Of a DNA stretch of 64,000 nucleotides, positions 24,441-37,601 are shown one piece after another (the first letter of the stretch is position 1; each line of letters begins with the position of its first letter). Origin of the DNA: Octopus bimaculoides (taxonomy: Eukaryota); NCBI RefSeq assembly GCF_001194135.2, contig NC_068982.1, forward strand, positions 38,240,868-38,304,867, written 5' to 3'. The translations under genes were made by a program, and so were the position numbers. The notes under the pieces are model-generated. The model saw only the letters and a program-made list of their open reading frames with translations. It was not told the DNA's origin and made no database searches.

Positions 24441-25378
24441 TATAATATTATATTACATTCTTATAATAATATAATATAATAAATAATAAATACAAATTAC
24501 ATACAATTGTTTTGCTTTTTACCCATAATAAAACTATTAAAATCCATTGGTTGTAAGCAAGAATCTCTTCAGTGTAATTTTTGATATAGGAGGATTCACA
24601 GATCCAAGAAACGACTGAATTTAAATGTATCTATGTTTTCCAGCGTGAGTGTCAATAATTAAAAACAAAACCAAAAATAAAAAGTGAAAAATAAAATATG
24701 AAAAATAAACTAATATAACAGTCATAAAATACATTTGTATACTATTTAGTATTTTAATCAAAATATATTTTAGTGTATTAGTTTTTTTAAAATACCAGGA
24801 ACATATTTTATTTACATTTTTTATTAATAGTTGCAGAAGTTATAGAGTGACTCATGGGATGTGAGTTTTGTATATTGACACTTATCAATGCATGAAATAC
24901 TTGGCCCTTGAGTTACTCTGTAACTTCTGCCAATTATTAATAAAAAAACATATATATATACTCATGTTACACACACACAACAGGTTTCTTTCAACCAAAT
25001 CCACTCACAAAGCTTTGATCAACCCAGGACTGTTGTAGATGTCACCTACTCAAGGTTCCACATAGTGGGACTGAACCTAAAACCATGTGGCTGGGAAGCA
25101 AATTTCTCAACCACACAACCACACCTGCACCTATACCCATGCCTGCACCTTTGATGTAGAAAATTTAATGTGAGCAAAAATTCTTGTTTCATGTGTTCGT
25201 GCAATATTCAAATGACTTAAATCACATTTATAGCACACAATTACTCAATGATTAAAAAACTTGTTGAGACATATTTAGTATGATTATTATTTGTCTTCTA
25301 TATTTAAACTGCATTTTATAAGAAAACAATCCATGGAAATTTTATTTATTATATTATATAGTAATCTAGTGTATGCTT

Positions 25379-25606
25379 CTACAAAATTTCTGTATACAAT
25401 ATTTTGTTTTAAACAAAAGATCCATTTCCATTCATTAATTTTGCTATAATACTAAATCTACTTGAATTTCCTACTCTGGACATAGCTACACAAAAGTGAC
25501 CATAAGAAAAGCATTCATCGTTTTTTAGGTCGATTCTAACTTTTGAATGTGTTTGATCTTGAGCTTTGTGAATTGTAAGATCAAAGAACAGTCTGAGAGC
25601 AAACTG
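25379..25606 (-). mobile_element. Helitron RepHel Pif1-helicase C-terminal remnant
   Basis: QFALRLFFDLTIHKAQDQT...ECFSYGHFCVAMSRV...ILYTEIL* matches QFPxRLAFAxTIxKAQGQT / ECFSHGQLYVAxSRV. Confidence 0.8.
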
Positions 25607-26522
25607 ATGTGTTTTGTCTTTTCTTTATTCTTCCGTGCTGTCTTTTACCCTCACTTAATCTCCCCTTCAGTAATTCTTTTTGTCATGCTCTAATCTCTTA
25701 TCTGGAAGATTTAACCCATGCACATTTTCTCTCTTTCTGTCGCATTCTTTTCTTAACTTCCCTTCTTTCTTTTCTCAAAAAAGAGAGTGAGTAAAAGAGG
25801 GAGAGAGCCACAAAAAATGTGAAATTACAATTGTTTTACTCTCAATTATTTCTTTTTTATGCATTATTGAGAGAAAGGAAGTGTATATAAGATAAAACAT
25901 AAAAGAAAACATATATGTAAAGTACTTATTACAAACATTTATACATAACTGCATATGCTTATGAGTATCTGTATACACAGGTTACATATATGTATGCAAG
26001 AAACCCACACTGTCATTTTTCTCACTTTCTCTCTCCCTCATTGATTCTCTTTATCACTGTTAAAAACTTAATGTATACACTTTGTCACTCTTCTCTTTTT
26101 CATCTCCTTTTTTAGCTCTGTTTCTACCTTTCTTTTACCTGTGCAGCTGTGTATTGTAGATCTTTACAATTCATTCATGGGAGTATGCACATACACACAC
26201 AGGGACTTGATATAAATTTATAAAGAGATTCTCTTCTCTAAACCATATTTAGTTCACTTAGTGATTTCCTTTCACTTCCTTTATATTATTTAATCTGTCC
26301 ATTCAGACAAGTCCCTCTCATTATGCTTTCTTGACTTAAATTCAGCCAGTTTCATTAAGCTTTACAATTCATATTTTGTAGCATAAATTTATTGTAAGAA
26401 CTTCTTTGCTTATAAGTCACTACTGATTTCAACAGTTTGAGTTTTATTGCCTTAATTAAAAAATATGATGACCACATATTTTTAGCATCAATTCTTATGC
26501 TGTGTAAAGAAACATATGTATA

Positions 26523-27690
26523 TAATGGGCTGTCCGGAAAGTTTTTGACTACACCTCCATTTAGAGCACAGTTTAAGCTATCTTTTCGTGGAAGAAGGTT
26601 TATGTTCCTATAACCTGTGTTAATTCTGTAACACTTTAAAATGGAAGATAAGAAAGTTCATTTTCAGCACTTGATGCTTTTCTTTTTCTGTAAAGGGAAA
26701 CATGCCTCTCAAGCAACCAAAGAAATATGCGCAGTTTACGGTGATGTTTCTTTATCCGAAAGAACTGTATGGAAGTGGTTCACAAGGTTCCGAGCTGGAG
26801 ATTGTAGCCTTATTGATAAAGAGCGATCAGGTAGACCATCCACTACAGATGATGACCACATATTTTTAGCATCAATTCTTATGCTGTGTAAAGAAACATA
26901 TGTATATAATGGGCTGTCCGGAAAGTTTTTGACTACACCNNNNNNNNNNNNNNNNNNNNNNNNNNNNNNNNNNNNNNNNNNNNNNNNNNNNNNNNNNNNN
27001 NNNNNNNNNNNNNNNNNNNNNNNNNNNNNNNNNNNNNNNNNNNNNNNNNNNNNNNNNNNNNNNNNNNNNNNNNNNNNNNNNNNNNNNNNNNNNNNNNNNN
27101 NNNNNNNNNNNNNNNNNNNNNNNNNNNNNNNNNNNNNNNNNNNNNNNNNNNNNNNNNNNNNNNNNNNNNNNNNNNNNNNNNNNNNNNNNNNNNNNNNNNN
27201 NNNNNNNNNNNNNNNNNNNNNNNNNNNNNNNNNNNNNNNNNNNNNNNNNNNNNNNNNNNNNNNNNNNNNNNNNNNNNNNNNNNNNNNNNNNNNNNNNNNN
27301 NNNNNNNNNNNNNNNNNNNNNNNNNNNNNNNNNNNNNNNNNNNNNNNNNNNNNNNNNNNNNNNNNNNNNNNNNNNNNNNNGGGAACCAGACAAAAATTTT
27401 TGCAGCTCGGCTGGGATGTGTTACCCCACCCTCCATATTCACCAGATATTGCTCCTTTAGATTTCCACTTATTCAGGTCTCTGCAGAATAGTCTTAATGG
27501 TGAAAATTTCAATTCTTTGGATGACGTAAAAAGATACCTTGATGAATTCTTTGCCATGAAACCACCTCAATTCTGGGAAGAGGGTATTTTCAAATTAAAG
27601 GGAAGTTGAAGACTCATTGTGCAACAAAATGGTTCATATTTGGTTGATTAAAAATGTAATGACAAGTATTTATTGATCGTTTTCTTTCCT
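26523..27690 (+). mobile_element. Mariner (Tc1/mariner) transposon, gapped
   Basis: MEDKKVHFQHLMLFFF...RSGRP HTH region; LPHPPYSPDIAPLDFHLF C-terminal motif; TA-flanked 5' end. Middle is N. Confidence 0.9.
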
Positions 27691-28103
27691 TTCAATGCCA
27701 ATCTGTACTCTGGACAGCTGGAGTGGATGTATGGCACTGTGCAGCAAAATTATCCAGCATTAGTTAAAGGAAAGTGAGCTCTTCTGCAGCAAGACAGTGC
27801 AAAACCTCATACTGCTCAAACAATCCAGGATAGACTCCAGGAATCTGAGGGAATTGAACTAATGCCACACCCAGCATACAGTGTGGCCCTAGTTCCTTCT
27901 AATTATTACTTGTTCTAATCCATGGCTCACTTCCTGCACTTGCAATGCTTAAAGCAAGAGAAGGTGGAAGCTTCTGTGTGGAATCAAAGAACTGACAGAA
28001 AGGTGGCTTCAGACTGCAACATGAGTGCTAGGCTGCTTTTGTTGTAACTTGAATAAAGCAAATAAGATACCAAAATATTGCAAAACTTTTGAATCATAGC
28101 AAT
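27690..28103 (+). mobile_element. Second, decayed mariner fragment (3' half)
   Basis: INANLYSGQL...LLQQDSAKPHTA...LMPHPAYS..LVPSNYYLF. Confidence 0.75.
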
Positions 28104-28327
28104 ACTAAAATGAACTACATTATACTACATCTAATGAGGGTGTATAATAGGAGTAGCATGGAGAAATACAAGGTATAACTTCAACTGTTGTCCTGTCTTT
28201 GCTTTTGTAGTTCACATTTTACATTGTTTCAGCCCTAACAAGTTTTTGTTTAAAATAGCATGATCGTTTTAATTAGCAGAAGACAAAATATAAAAAATAT
28301 AACGGCAGGATTAAAAAAGGAACTTAC

Positions 28328-28436
28328 GTTTTTCTGAGGAGATTAGATGCACTGAAGAATTAGAATCTCTTGCATGATTCATATTTGGGTTTGAACATTT
28401 TACTGTTTGAATTATTCCTCTATTGTACAGTTTGTC
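28328..28436 (-). CDS. TBC1D2B: TBC1D2B-like exon, linker (DKLYNRGIIQTVKCSNPNMNHARDSNSSVHLISSEK)
   Basis: attttacag acceptor, GTAAGT donor. Only the phase-0 frame is open, and it exits in phase 1, matching both neighbours. Confidence 0.72.
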
Positions 28437-28914
28437 CTGTAAAATATATAAAACAGATTTAGAAACGAGTCTTTTTCACACATAGATGCATATATATATG
28501 TAATATTTTGGATTAATGAGTAAAAATCAAATAGTGTGCTGATGTGTTGAGTAAAGCACTGGCACAGTTTGGATTGCCTGATGTCATCTACAGTTGGGAT
28601 ATATTTCCTTTGGATCTACTTCAGGAATTCCATAATATTAGTTGAGAAAATAATCAATTAAGTGAACAGATGGAATTGGTATAACTCTTGATTTTGTATG
28701 ATGATTGTTTTGACAAGTGTGGATTGTTGGCAATTTTTTTCCTCTGTCTTCCTTTTCTCTTGGACTTTCCTGTCTCATGCTTCTGAAGAAGAGCTTTGCT
28801 CAAAACGTAAAACACCCTTTCTTTCCTTCCCTGAGCATCTTTTAATACTTTGCATGGACCATGTCCTTGCATTGTTATTTCTTGTGTTTTTTGTTTTGTT
28901 TTTTGGGATTAATT

Positions 28915-29300
28915 GCAAATGACACCCATGTCAGTGACACATAAAAGCACCTGTTACACTCTCAGAGTGGTTGGCATTAGGAAGGGCATCCAGCCGTAGA
29001 AAACCATGCCAAATCAGACTGGAGTCTGGTGCATCCTTCCAGCATACCAGGCCTAGTCAGACTGTCCAATCCATGCTAACATGGACAATGGACATTAAAT
29101 TATCATGATGATGATGATGATGATATATATATATGTGTATATATATATATATCATCATCATCATCGTTTAACGTCCGCTTTCCATGCTAGCATGGGTTGG
29201 ACGATTTGACTGAGGACTGGTGAAACCGGATGGCAACACCAGGCTCCAATCTAATTTGGCAGAGTTTCTACAGCTGGATGCCCTTCCTAACGCCAACCAC
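28915..29300. mobile_element. Two tail-to-tail copies of SINE/RTE-tail family A (other copies: 1-97 +, 14620-14862 +, 32540-32982 +, 34310-34547 +)
   Basis: TGGTTGGCRTTAGGAAGGGCATCCAGC...CCAACCCATGCTAGCATGGAAAGCGGACGTTAAAC(GAT)n, the same 3' end as the RTE at 23860-24000. Confidence 0.85.
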
Positions 29301-29467
29301 TTAAATATAAGGATAAAATCTATATAAGATTTTATCAAGTAGCCAGTATGTAAAATCACTCAAGGAACAAAATTAATACTAAGCATGTGGCTTTTACTTA
29401 GAATAGCAGCCCTTAATGTAATAAGTGTGATGCTTTACTTAAAGTAGCAACCCTTAATGTAATAATG

Positions 29468-29536
<69 letters not shown>

Positions 29537-30030
29537 ACAAGTTGTAGATAATAATCATTACATGTTTTTCCTTTTTAGAGTAAATTTGGCTTACAGCTGT
29601 TTCCAGTAGCCATTATAAGTACGTTACTAATAAGTTTACTCAGTCAGTCTATTGATCAGTTGCTTCCAATGTCTATACCCATTATCAATACTTGTCTTAT
29701 ATATCACTGTAAAAACCAGTTTGTCTGGAGTCCAACCATGGATTTACAATATAGAATTGTGATGAACCATAACCTTGGACCCTGTCATAAGAATACTTGG
29801 AGTCCTTCACTAATCTAAACAATATTGTTAGCCTGGTGTACCAACAGAGCACTTATGAGGTATTTTATCTGGATTGATAATCCCTCACTATTAGTTGTAT
29901 GTATGTATGTATGTATGTATGTATGTATGTATGTATGTATGTATGTATGTACGTACGTACGTATGTAGTAAAGTATGTATGTGTATTTGTGTGTGTCTAT
30001 ATATATCTTCATATATGTATCTGTATATGA

Positions 30031-30078
<48 letters not shown>

Positions 30079-31898
30079 TTCTTTTATGAGCCTTAGGACT
30101 TTGTGAGCTGGAGCTTACCCTAGAATCCATGGTGTATAGATGACTGAGATTACAACATTATCTGCTGAATGGAATACTGGTCCCTCACTGTGTTGACTTC
30201 CCAAGCTATTGCTAGAACTCATTTACAGTCAAGTGGACTGAGGAATGGGAAATAAAATGTTTTACTCAAGAACACAATGCACTGCTGGACAAGGAATGAA
30301 GATCATGATCTTACAATTATGAATACAACATCCTAACTACTAGTCCACATATATACATACATAAAATCATGACATTACATGTGTCATACAAAACATCTTC
30401 AGAAGCCACATGTGGCCTGAATACCATAGGTTTTCTATGTCTGTGCTAGTATTTACTCAGCTATAAAAACAATCATAATTCCAATCATGTCAGCAGTAAA
30501 TTTATAGAATGAATTTAACACCATCAAAACTAACAAAACCCATAATTTCAACAAAATTTACTCGTAGCTGAAAGAATAGAGTAATAACTATTATAAATAT
30601 ATTTAGTAACTTGGCAGAAACATCCATCAAATTTATATTAAATATGCATTACTTTATCATAGCTGTTTTCTTCAGTTGGATGTTCAGATTCATTTACAGT
30701 ACAGCACAGACAAGAATAATGCATTTGTTTGGCCTGAAACCAGAGAAAAATAAGTAATGACATGTTATTTCAAAATGAACAAACCAATAAATAAATAAAA
30801 TGAAAGACAAATGAATAAATAAATAAATAAATAAGCAAAAATAATAAATAACAGAATAAATTAACAGATTTCTACTCTTGCAAAATACATAATTAGAATA
30901 TTTCTCCAATTATATTACAAATGTTCCATGAGAAATTTCATTATTTTCACAATTTCATTTTTCCATGTATGTCCATTTTGACATGAGAAGAAGGCCAATT
31001 GTATTTGGTAAATACAATTATTGTTTGAAATGTTGGGATTAGTTTGCAATAGGGAAATATAAGCATTGAGGGAATTCGAGGGGTATTTAAAACTTTGGAG
31101 CAAGGACTAAGTTATGAACTTAATGGATTACTATAGAAAGTGTGATGATTAAACAGAGATGTAACAAATGGATATCTTTTATATTATTTTTAATTGTTAT
31201 CAGTGTGGAGCTGGCAGAGTAGTTAGTAAAGCTGGACAAAATGCTCAGCTGCATTTCTTCTGGCTTTGTGTGCTGAGTTTGAATTCCACCAAGGTCAACT
31301 TTGCTCTTCATCCTTTCAGGATTAATAAAATATGTACAAATTGAGCATTGGGGGTTAATGTAAACAACTATTGACCTAAGCAGGATCTGAACTCTGAGTG
31401 CAGTACAATATTAACTTGTAAACTTTGAATACACTCGGTGCTATACTATGGTTGCAAACAAAATACTGTGTCCTTGCTATCAATTAATATTATATGTTTG
31501 TGTATTTTATCAGTTAACCTTTGCCTGTCCAAAGCATTTTCATAAGTTATAACTATCTTGTTTTGCTTTCCTTGGAACAATATAATCTGGAATACTTCAT
31601 CCCATGTCTCCTTCCTTGGTAAGACTGTAGAGAGTTATTTGAAGGAGATTGGCTGCTACTTTTAGTAAGCTGAGCAAACATTTAGAAGCTCCTACCCTTT
31701 ACTGGTTTGAGAAAATGTAGTGTTTTCTTCATATATCATATGTCTGTGGTTTGGTGTTTTTTAAGTAGGTAAATTGTTATGTGCCATGGTGGAATATGTT
31801 TTAATTATTTGTGAAAAGATGCCTGTCAAGAGATATATGAGAATACAGTTTGAGAACAGAAGGTGAGAGAGGATTGTGCATCATCTACAGGTACATGT

Positions 31899-31931
<33 letters not shown>

Positions 31932-31988
31932 TGAGTGAGTGAGTGAGTGAACAAATGCATGTGTGTGAAATGAAGCTTATGTTAGAAA

Positions 31989-32042
<54 letters not shown>

Positions 32043-32069
32043 ACGTGTGCACGTGCATGTGCATCTGAT

Positions 32070-32460
32070 TAGATGTAACACCTTGTAGCCTGTTAATAAG
32101 AAAAGAGCAGAAGAAATAATCAAATCCTGAAGATGACAGAATGAAACTTGGGGAACATACAGTCAACACATACCTTAATGGAATAAACTAATAGCAGGCT
32201 TTTGATCTGTGAAGTCTTTGATGGAGTAAAGAGCAAAGACTTTATTTTCAGTCATGTTTTTACAGGGAAGATCCCATAGTGAATGACATACAAGATAGTC
32301 TCCAGTATTTAGGCTCTGTACAAATTATACTTGAAGTTGCTGTGAAGGGAAAGATGACCAAATTGATAAAAAGGTGGCCATTTACAATCATTTCCATTAC
32401 TTTGATGAAGCTGGAAATAAGGTCAATAGTTGGTAGGGTTAGAAAAGTTTTCTTTGTTGG
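32070..32460 (-). mobile_element. CR1/L2-group LINE RT fragment
   Basis: TIDLISSFIKVMEMIVNGHL followed by decayed QYGFR/STGD and KAFD-like segments across frameshifts. Confidence 0.6.
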
Positions 32461-33424
32461 GTCTAGAAGGCATTGCTGTATGTTAAAATTTGAGAGTATT
32501 AACCTTTTTCCTGTCCTGTGTAACACAAGTAATATACAAGACACTCTAACCTTTCATCATCTAACCTTTCATCATCTAACCTTTCATCATCTAACCTTTC
32601 ATCATCTGGTACAAGATCCCCTTTGCCAATGCCCCCTCCCCTCTCAAAATTCCTTGTCTTGCAAGTTACTTGGTGACCCTGCCAGTGCTGGTGCCATGTA
32701 AAAGCATCCAGTTCACCCTGTGAAGTGGTTGGCATTTGAAAGGGCATCCAGCTGTAAAAATCATGCCAAAACTGACCTCACCTGTGCTGGTGCCACATAA
32801 AAAAAAGCACTTGGTCCACTCTGTAAGGTGGTTGGTATTAGGAAGGATATCCAGCAGTAAAAAAAAAACCCTGCCAAAACAGACACAGAAGCCTGGTACA
32901 GTCTTCTGCCTGGCCAGCTCTTGTCAAACTGTCCAACCCATGCCAGCATGAAAAGTGGACGTTAAACAATGATAATGATGATGTCCCCGGCGTACACATT
33001 TTCATTGATTTTTCAACCACAACAGTAAATCAGGACTTATGAAAGGAAATCCTTATATTACACAGAAGGTATGACACAAAGGCTAACTAAAAGTCTGAAA
33101 ACAAGCATGGATATTTATAACAAATTTATCAAAATGTTTTGGACAGGTAAAAGGTTAACAGGTAAAACACACAAATATATAATGGGTTTAAGAATCTTGA
33201 GCTATATTAGACATTCCTATCTTTTATCTTTTTCTTGTTCCAGTCATTGGACTTTGGCTATGATGGAACACCACCTTGAAGGATTTAGTCCAACAAATTG
33301 ACCCCAGTACATATTTTTAAAGTCTGTTACTTGTTCTATTGGTCTCTTTTGCCAAACTGCTAAGTTATGGAGCTATAAACAAACCAACACCAGTTGTCAA
33401 ACAATGAGAGTAGGGAATAAATAC

Positions 33425-33459
<35 letters not shown>

Positions 33460-34849
33460 AACGATGGGCTTCCACACAGTTTCTATCTATCAAATTCACT
33501 CTCAAGGCATTAGACAGTTCATGGTTATAAGTGAAGATACTTGCTCAAGATGCCATGTAGTGGGACTCAACCTAAAAATTACATGGATGTAAAGCAAGTT
33601 TCTTAATCATACAGTAATGCCTGTGAGGCCTTTGAAAATAAATAATAGTAAAATTTTTTCCCGGAGACCTTAACTCTTTGAAGGAATCATAGTGGGTCCT
33701 ATTGAGATATATGGCATGCCTTGCGTATTTTAAGAGCTCTCTAGGTCTGGCCACAGCTAATTTCTTTCAGAAGAGCGAAAGGTGGACAGAGAAAAAGAAA
33801 CAGTAAAAGAAATGGCCCCAGTGCAGGAATAATACTTTACTTATTGACCCTGAAAAGATGAAAGGCTAAGTTGATCGCAGCAGGATTTGAATTCACAGTA
33901 AAGAAATCTGTAATGAATACTGCAAACCAATCTATCCAATACTCCAACACCACTTCCCATTGGCTGCTGATACAAAAGTAATGTTATTAAGAAGAAAAGT
34001 AGAAATCATTGTTGAAAACATGTGTGGCATTGTTTGATATTTCAGTATTGAACTACAAGGGAGAAAGAAATTGATTCAACACTGTAAAGAAAACTATTCA
34101 AATCAGATAAACATTATTATGTTAATGTTTAAAAGTGTATTATATATCAAAGCTACCAGATGGCTTAACTGCAAGTCACAGCTTAAAAACTTTGTCAGCT
34201 TGACAATCTCTGAAAATAGTTTGACATTGACTTATTGATTTGATAAAATAATTGTTTTAGCAGTTGTAATCAACTAAAATTGAAATTTACTTGAGGTTTT
34301 TCGAGCGAGATGAGCGTGGCCGTTGCCAGTACCGCCTGACTGGCCTTCGTGCGGGTGACATGTAAAAGCACCCACTACACTCTCTGAGTGGTTGGCATTA
34401 GGAAGGGCATCCAGCTGTAGAAACTCTGCCAAATCAGATTGGAGCCTGGTGTAGCCATCTGGTTTCACCAGTCCTCAGTCAAATCGTCCAACCCATGCTA
34501 GCATGGAAAGCGGACGTTAAACGACGACGACGACGACGACGACGACGAAATGGTATTGATTTTTATCTCCTTTCTAATTTTTATCTTTGACTCATCTCTG
34601 CTGTCCAGGCTATACTTTATATGCCAACTTTTCTCTGAAACATAGTGCCTGCATGTAGTGTATATAGAATCCCTTCTCCCTATCATTTGCTTCTCAGTTG
34701 GACTTCCAGTTACTGGTACAAGGTCTCTCTTCCCCTATTCTCTATGGTTATTCGCTGTCTACACAGCTCTTTAAACTCCTCCAGTCACCATCAACTATTT
34801 GACTGTTTCATGTTTTCCATTATATATCATCTGTCTCACTTTTCTCTAA

Positions 34850-36010
34850 AATTATTGACCTTGGTCACTCAATGTGTATAACTCTTCTTGGTCACTATAT
34901 ATTAACACTATTGGTAAGAAAGTTTGCCATTCTAAACTATTTGCATTAGCTAGTATAAGCATAAAATGAATAGTGACCCTATCCAAAACATTCACCAATG
35001 GAGACATGGCAATCTTTTTTCTTTTAACTTCACAAAGATACATTCACTACATATGTCAAGGAAACAATCTTGTACCTCACACTCTTTTGGACAATAAGCA
35101 ATTAAAACCCTCAAAGTTGCAACAAATATCGCTCTCATAATTTCTGAAAGTCACTTTTGCTTAGTTCCTGTTCACAGAATAGCAAGAATTATAATCTAAA
35201 GACTGTCCTTTTTCTTCAGGAGCAGGAAATATTTCAGCTCTAAAAATTTGCTGGCCTCTAAAACCCAAATGAAACATAAAATAGAATTCTGTTCCCATAT
35301 ATGGGATGATATTGCTTCTCCTTACATAAACATCCTAGATTACACCCAAATGAACATCACCTGGTAGATTGTCAAAAATTCTCTCACTCACAAACTTCAA
35401 CTGTTATTCCACAAATTCACTACTTCCTCCATCTACTTTTGTTACTGCACTACAATAGCATTTGTTTCTCTTGACCAATGGTTCTAAATCAGGGTCCACA
35501 TGGCCCCTGAGTGTTCATATAAGATTTTTGAGGGTCCATGCAACAAAATAGTAAATTGGGGACCCACAATAATATTTTAAGGGCCCTTGAAAGAATTTTG
35601 CTTTAGATGTATATTGGTATGTATCGCAAGAAACAGCTAAATTTCTTTCTCTAACATTTTACTTAGTTCAACCTACACAAGCTAATGTGTGAAAAACAAA
35701 ATAGGAATTTTGAAAGAAGTTTCTATAAAACTAGTTTTTAAACATGAAATGGTTACGAGGTTCCACCAGAATAAAATAGTAATGAAAGGGGTCCATAGAT
35801 AAAAAATGGTTGAGAAATCCTGCTCTAGATTATCAAATTGTATAATTACCTCCACTCCACAGACATGTCTCTTCTCTTGTCACCGTAATCAAACCTCATA
35901 CCAACTACTGTGCACAAGAATCTCATTTCCACCTCTATAATTCCTTTCCCACTCAAGATTTTTCTTTAGATTTTGACTTACAGTTACTCAAGCTAAACAA
36001 CCACATTACT
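34850..36010 (+). mobile_element. Decayed CR1/L2-group LINE C-terminal region, interrupted by a hAT MITE
   Basis: 35260-35320 resembles LYKAQIRPxMEYCSHIW. Sequence resumes after 35830. Confidence 0.5.
35476..35822. mobile_element. hAT (Charlie-like) MITE
   Basis: Termini CAATGGTTCTAAA and TTGAGAAATCCCTG; 8-bp flanks CTCTTGAC and CTCTAGAT. Confidence 0.7.
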
Positions 36011-36701
36011 CTCATGCTTTGGAAAGTGTACAAATTTTAAATAGCCTCTTCTTTCAGATTATACTTTTAAAACCCAACCTTTTTTAATAACCATCATTGT
36101 ATCAAAGCTCATTGTATCATCTGACCAATTCTTAATCATGTCAGCACATTCCAAATACTCTTATTGTACGACCCTACCTTCTTGAATGCTCTGGTATTTC
36201 AACTCTGCTAACAGATTATAGATCCACTACTTGTATACCATCTTCCCCTAACTACAATTTTATGTCCATCAATGATGCATTTGAAGCAGTAACTGAAAAC
36301 CATCCTCTGAGGTGAGTCCTTTCACATTTCTCACATGTTTATTTTCTTTAGTTTCTTTTTGCTCTGAATTGTTCTACTTAGCAATCATATTCATATATTA
36401 TATCCCTGTCTACAGTATTAAATATTGTTTGTGATGTGAATATGTATGTGTACTTTGCTAAGGAATATAGTATGTATAATACATATTAGAAACTGTAATA
36501 AACTATGATGAGTCTTTTAACCACATGCTAGTAATAGTTTTCTTAAGTTTGCTTTTTTTCAGACAAGTATTATACAAGTACCTGAAATTCATTGTTTGTT
36601 CTCAATAGTATGGATTTCTCATTTTATATAGAGATTGTAATAGTTGCAGCAGAGCTATATGCCTCACTACAATGCTGTTAAAAGACTATTGTCATACACT
36701 C

Positions 36702-36780
<79 letters not shown>

Positions 36781-37188
36781 TCTTTCTTCCTCTCTCTCAT
36801 TCATATGGTATCAGAAACTTATTTTTGCTTGCATGACTTGCATGTTGACTGGCAATGGCAAAGAACATACTTTATACAAACTTACACTCCAATTTCTCTT
36901 TGAGCTGATGCACACACATATAAAGACGCGTTCATTGACATCTTTGTGTAAACACTAACTTTTGTTTGTCAGTCATTCAAACTTGACTTTTCTGTTTGTG
37001 TTCTCTATTGGCCCGATGGGGTTAATTTATTCTATTTAATGTTAGTAAATATGTTGTGGTTATTAACATGCAATCTTAACCTATATTCTCCTTTACAAAG
37101 TTACGCATGCATTCTCCCAAAACTTAAATCATTAATGTATTGTCTTTTTGAATTAAAATGTTTATCAGAAACATTATATATATGTATA

Positions 37189-37236
<48 letters not shown>

Positions 37237-37528
37237 NNNNNNNNNNNNNNNNNNNNNNNNNNNNNNNNNNNNNNNNNNNNNNNNNNNNNNNNNNNNNATA
37301 TATATGATGGTTTTAAAAAGTGACAATCAAGCAAGCACGTTCAAACTATATTCAAAATCATTTTCAGAACCCTTTTATTTGTAGGAAACAAAAATAGAAA
37401 TAGACAAACATCAACAGTATTGGATTATTTTGATAAACTATTAAAGCAATGTGTATACAAATGTTTATGTCACACTCTGTGCATTTAGCCAGCTAATCTG
37501 AAAAAAAGTTACAATTGATATGACTTGC

Positions 37529-37601
37529 CTGTAGACCAAGGAGCCAAATCATCATTGATTCATGATTTTCAGCACAAAATATGTATTCTTTTCCATTGCA
37601 C
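37529..37601 (-). CDS. TBC1D2B: TBC1D2B-like exon, PH domain end (MCNGKEYIFCAENHESMMIWLLGLQ), GC donor
   Basis: ttgtcag acceptor, phase 2 to 0. Encodes the PH C-terminal helix with the conserved Trp. Donor is CAG|GCAAGT. Confidence 0.88.

Noticed and set aside
24523-24614. Exon-like open segment VSWICESSYIKNYTEEILAYNQWILIVLLW on the minus strand
   Set aside because: Exits in phase 0 while the next exon needs phase 1; weak donor (GTAAAA); the gene is already phase-consistent without it.
32546-32606. Short direct repeats as a CRISPR array
   Set aside because: No spacers, eukaryotic context, no cas genes.
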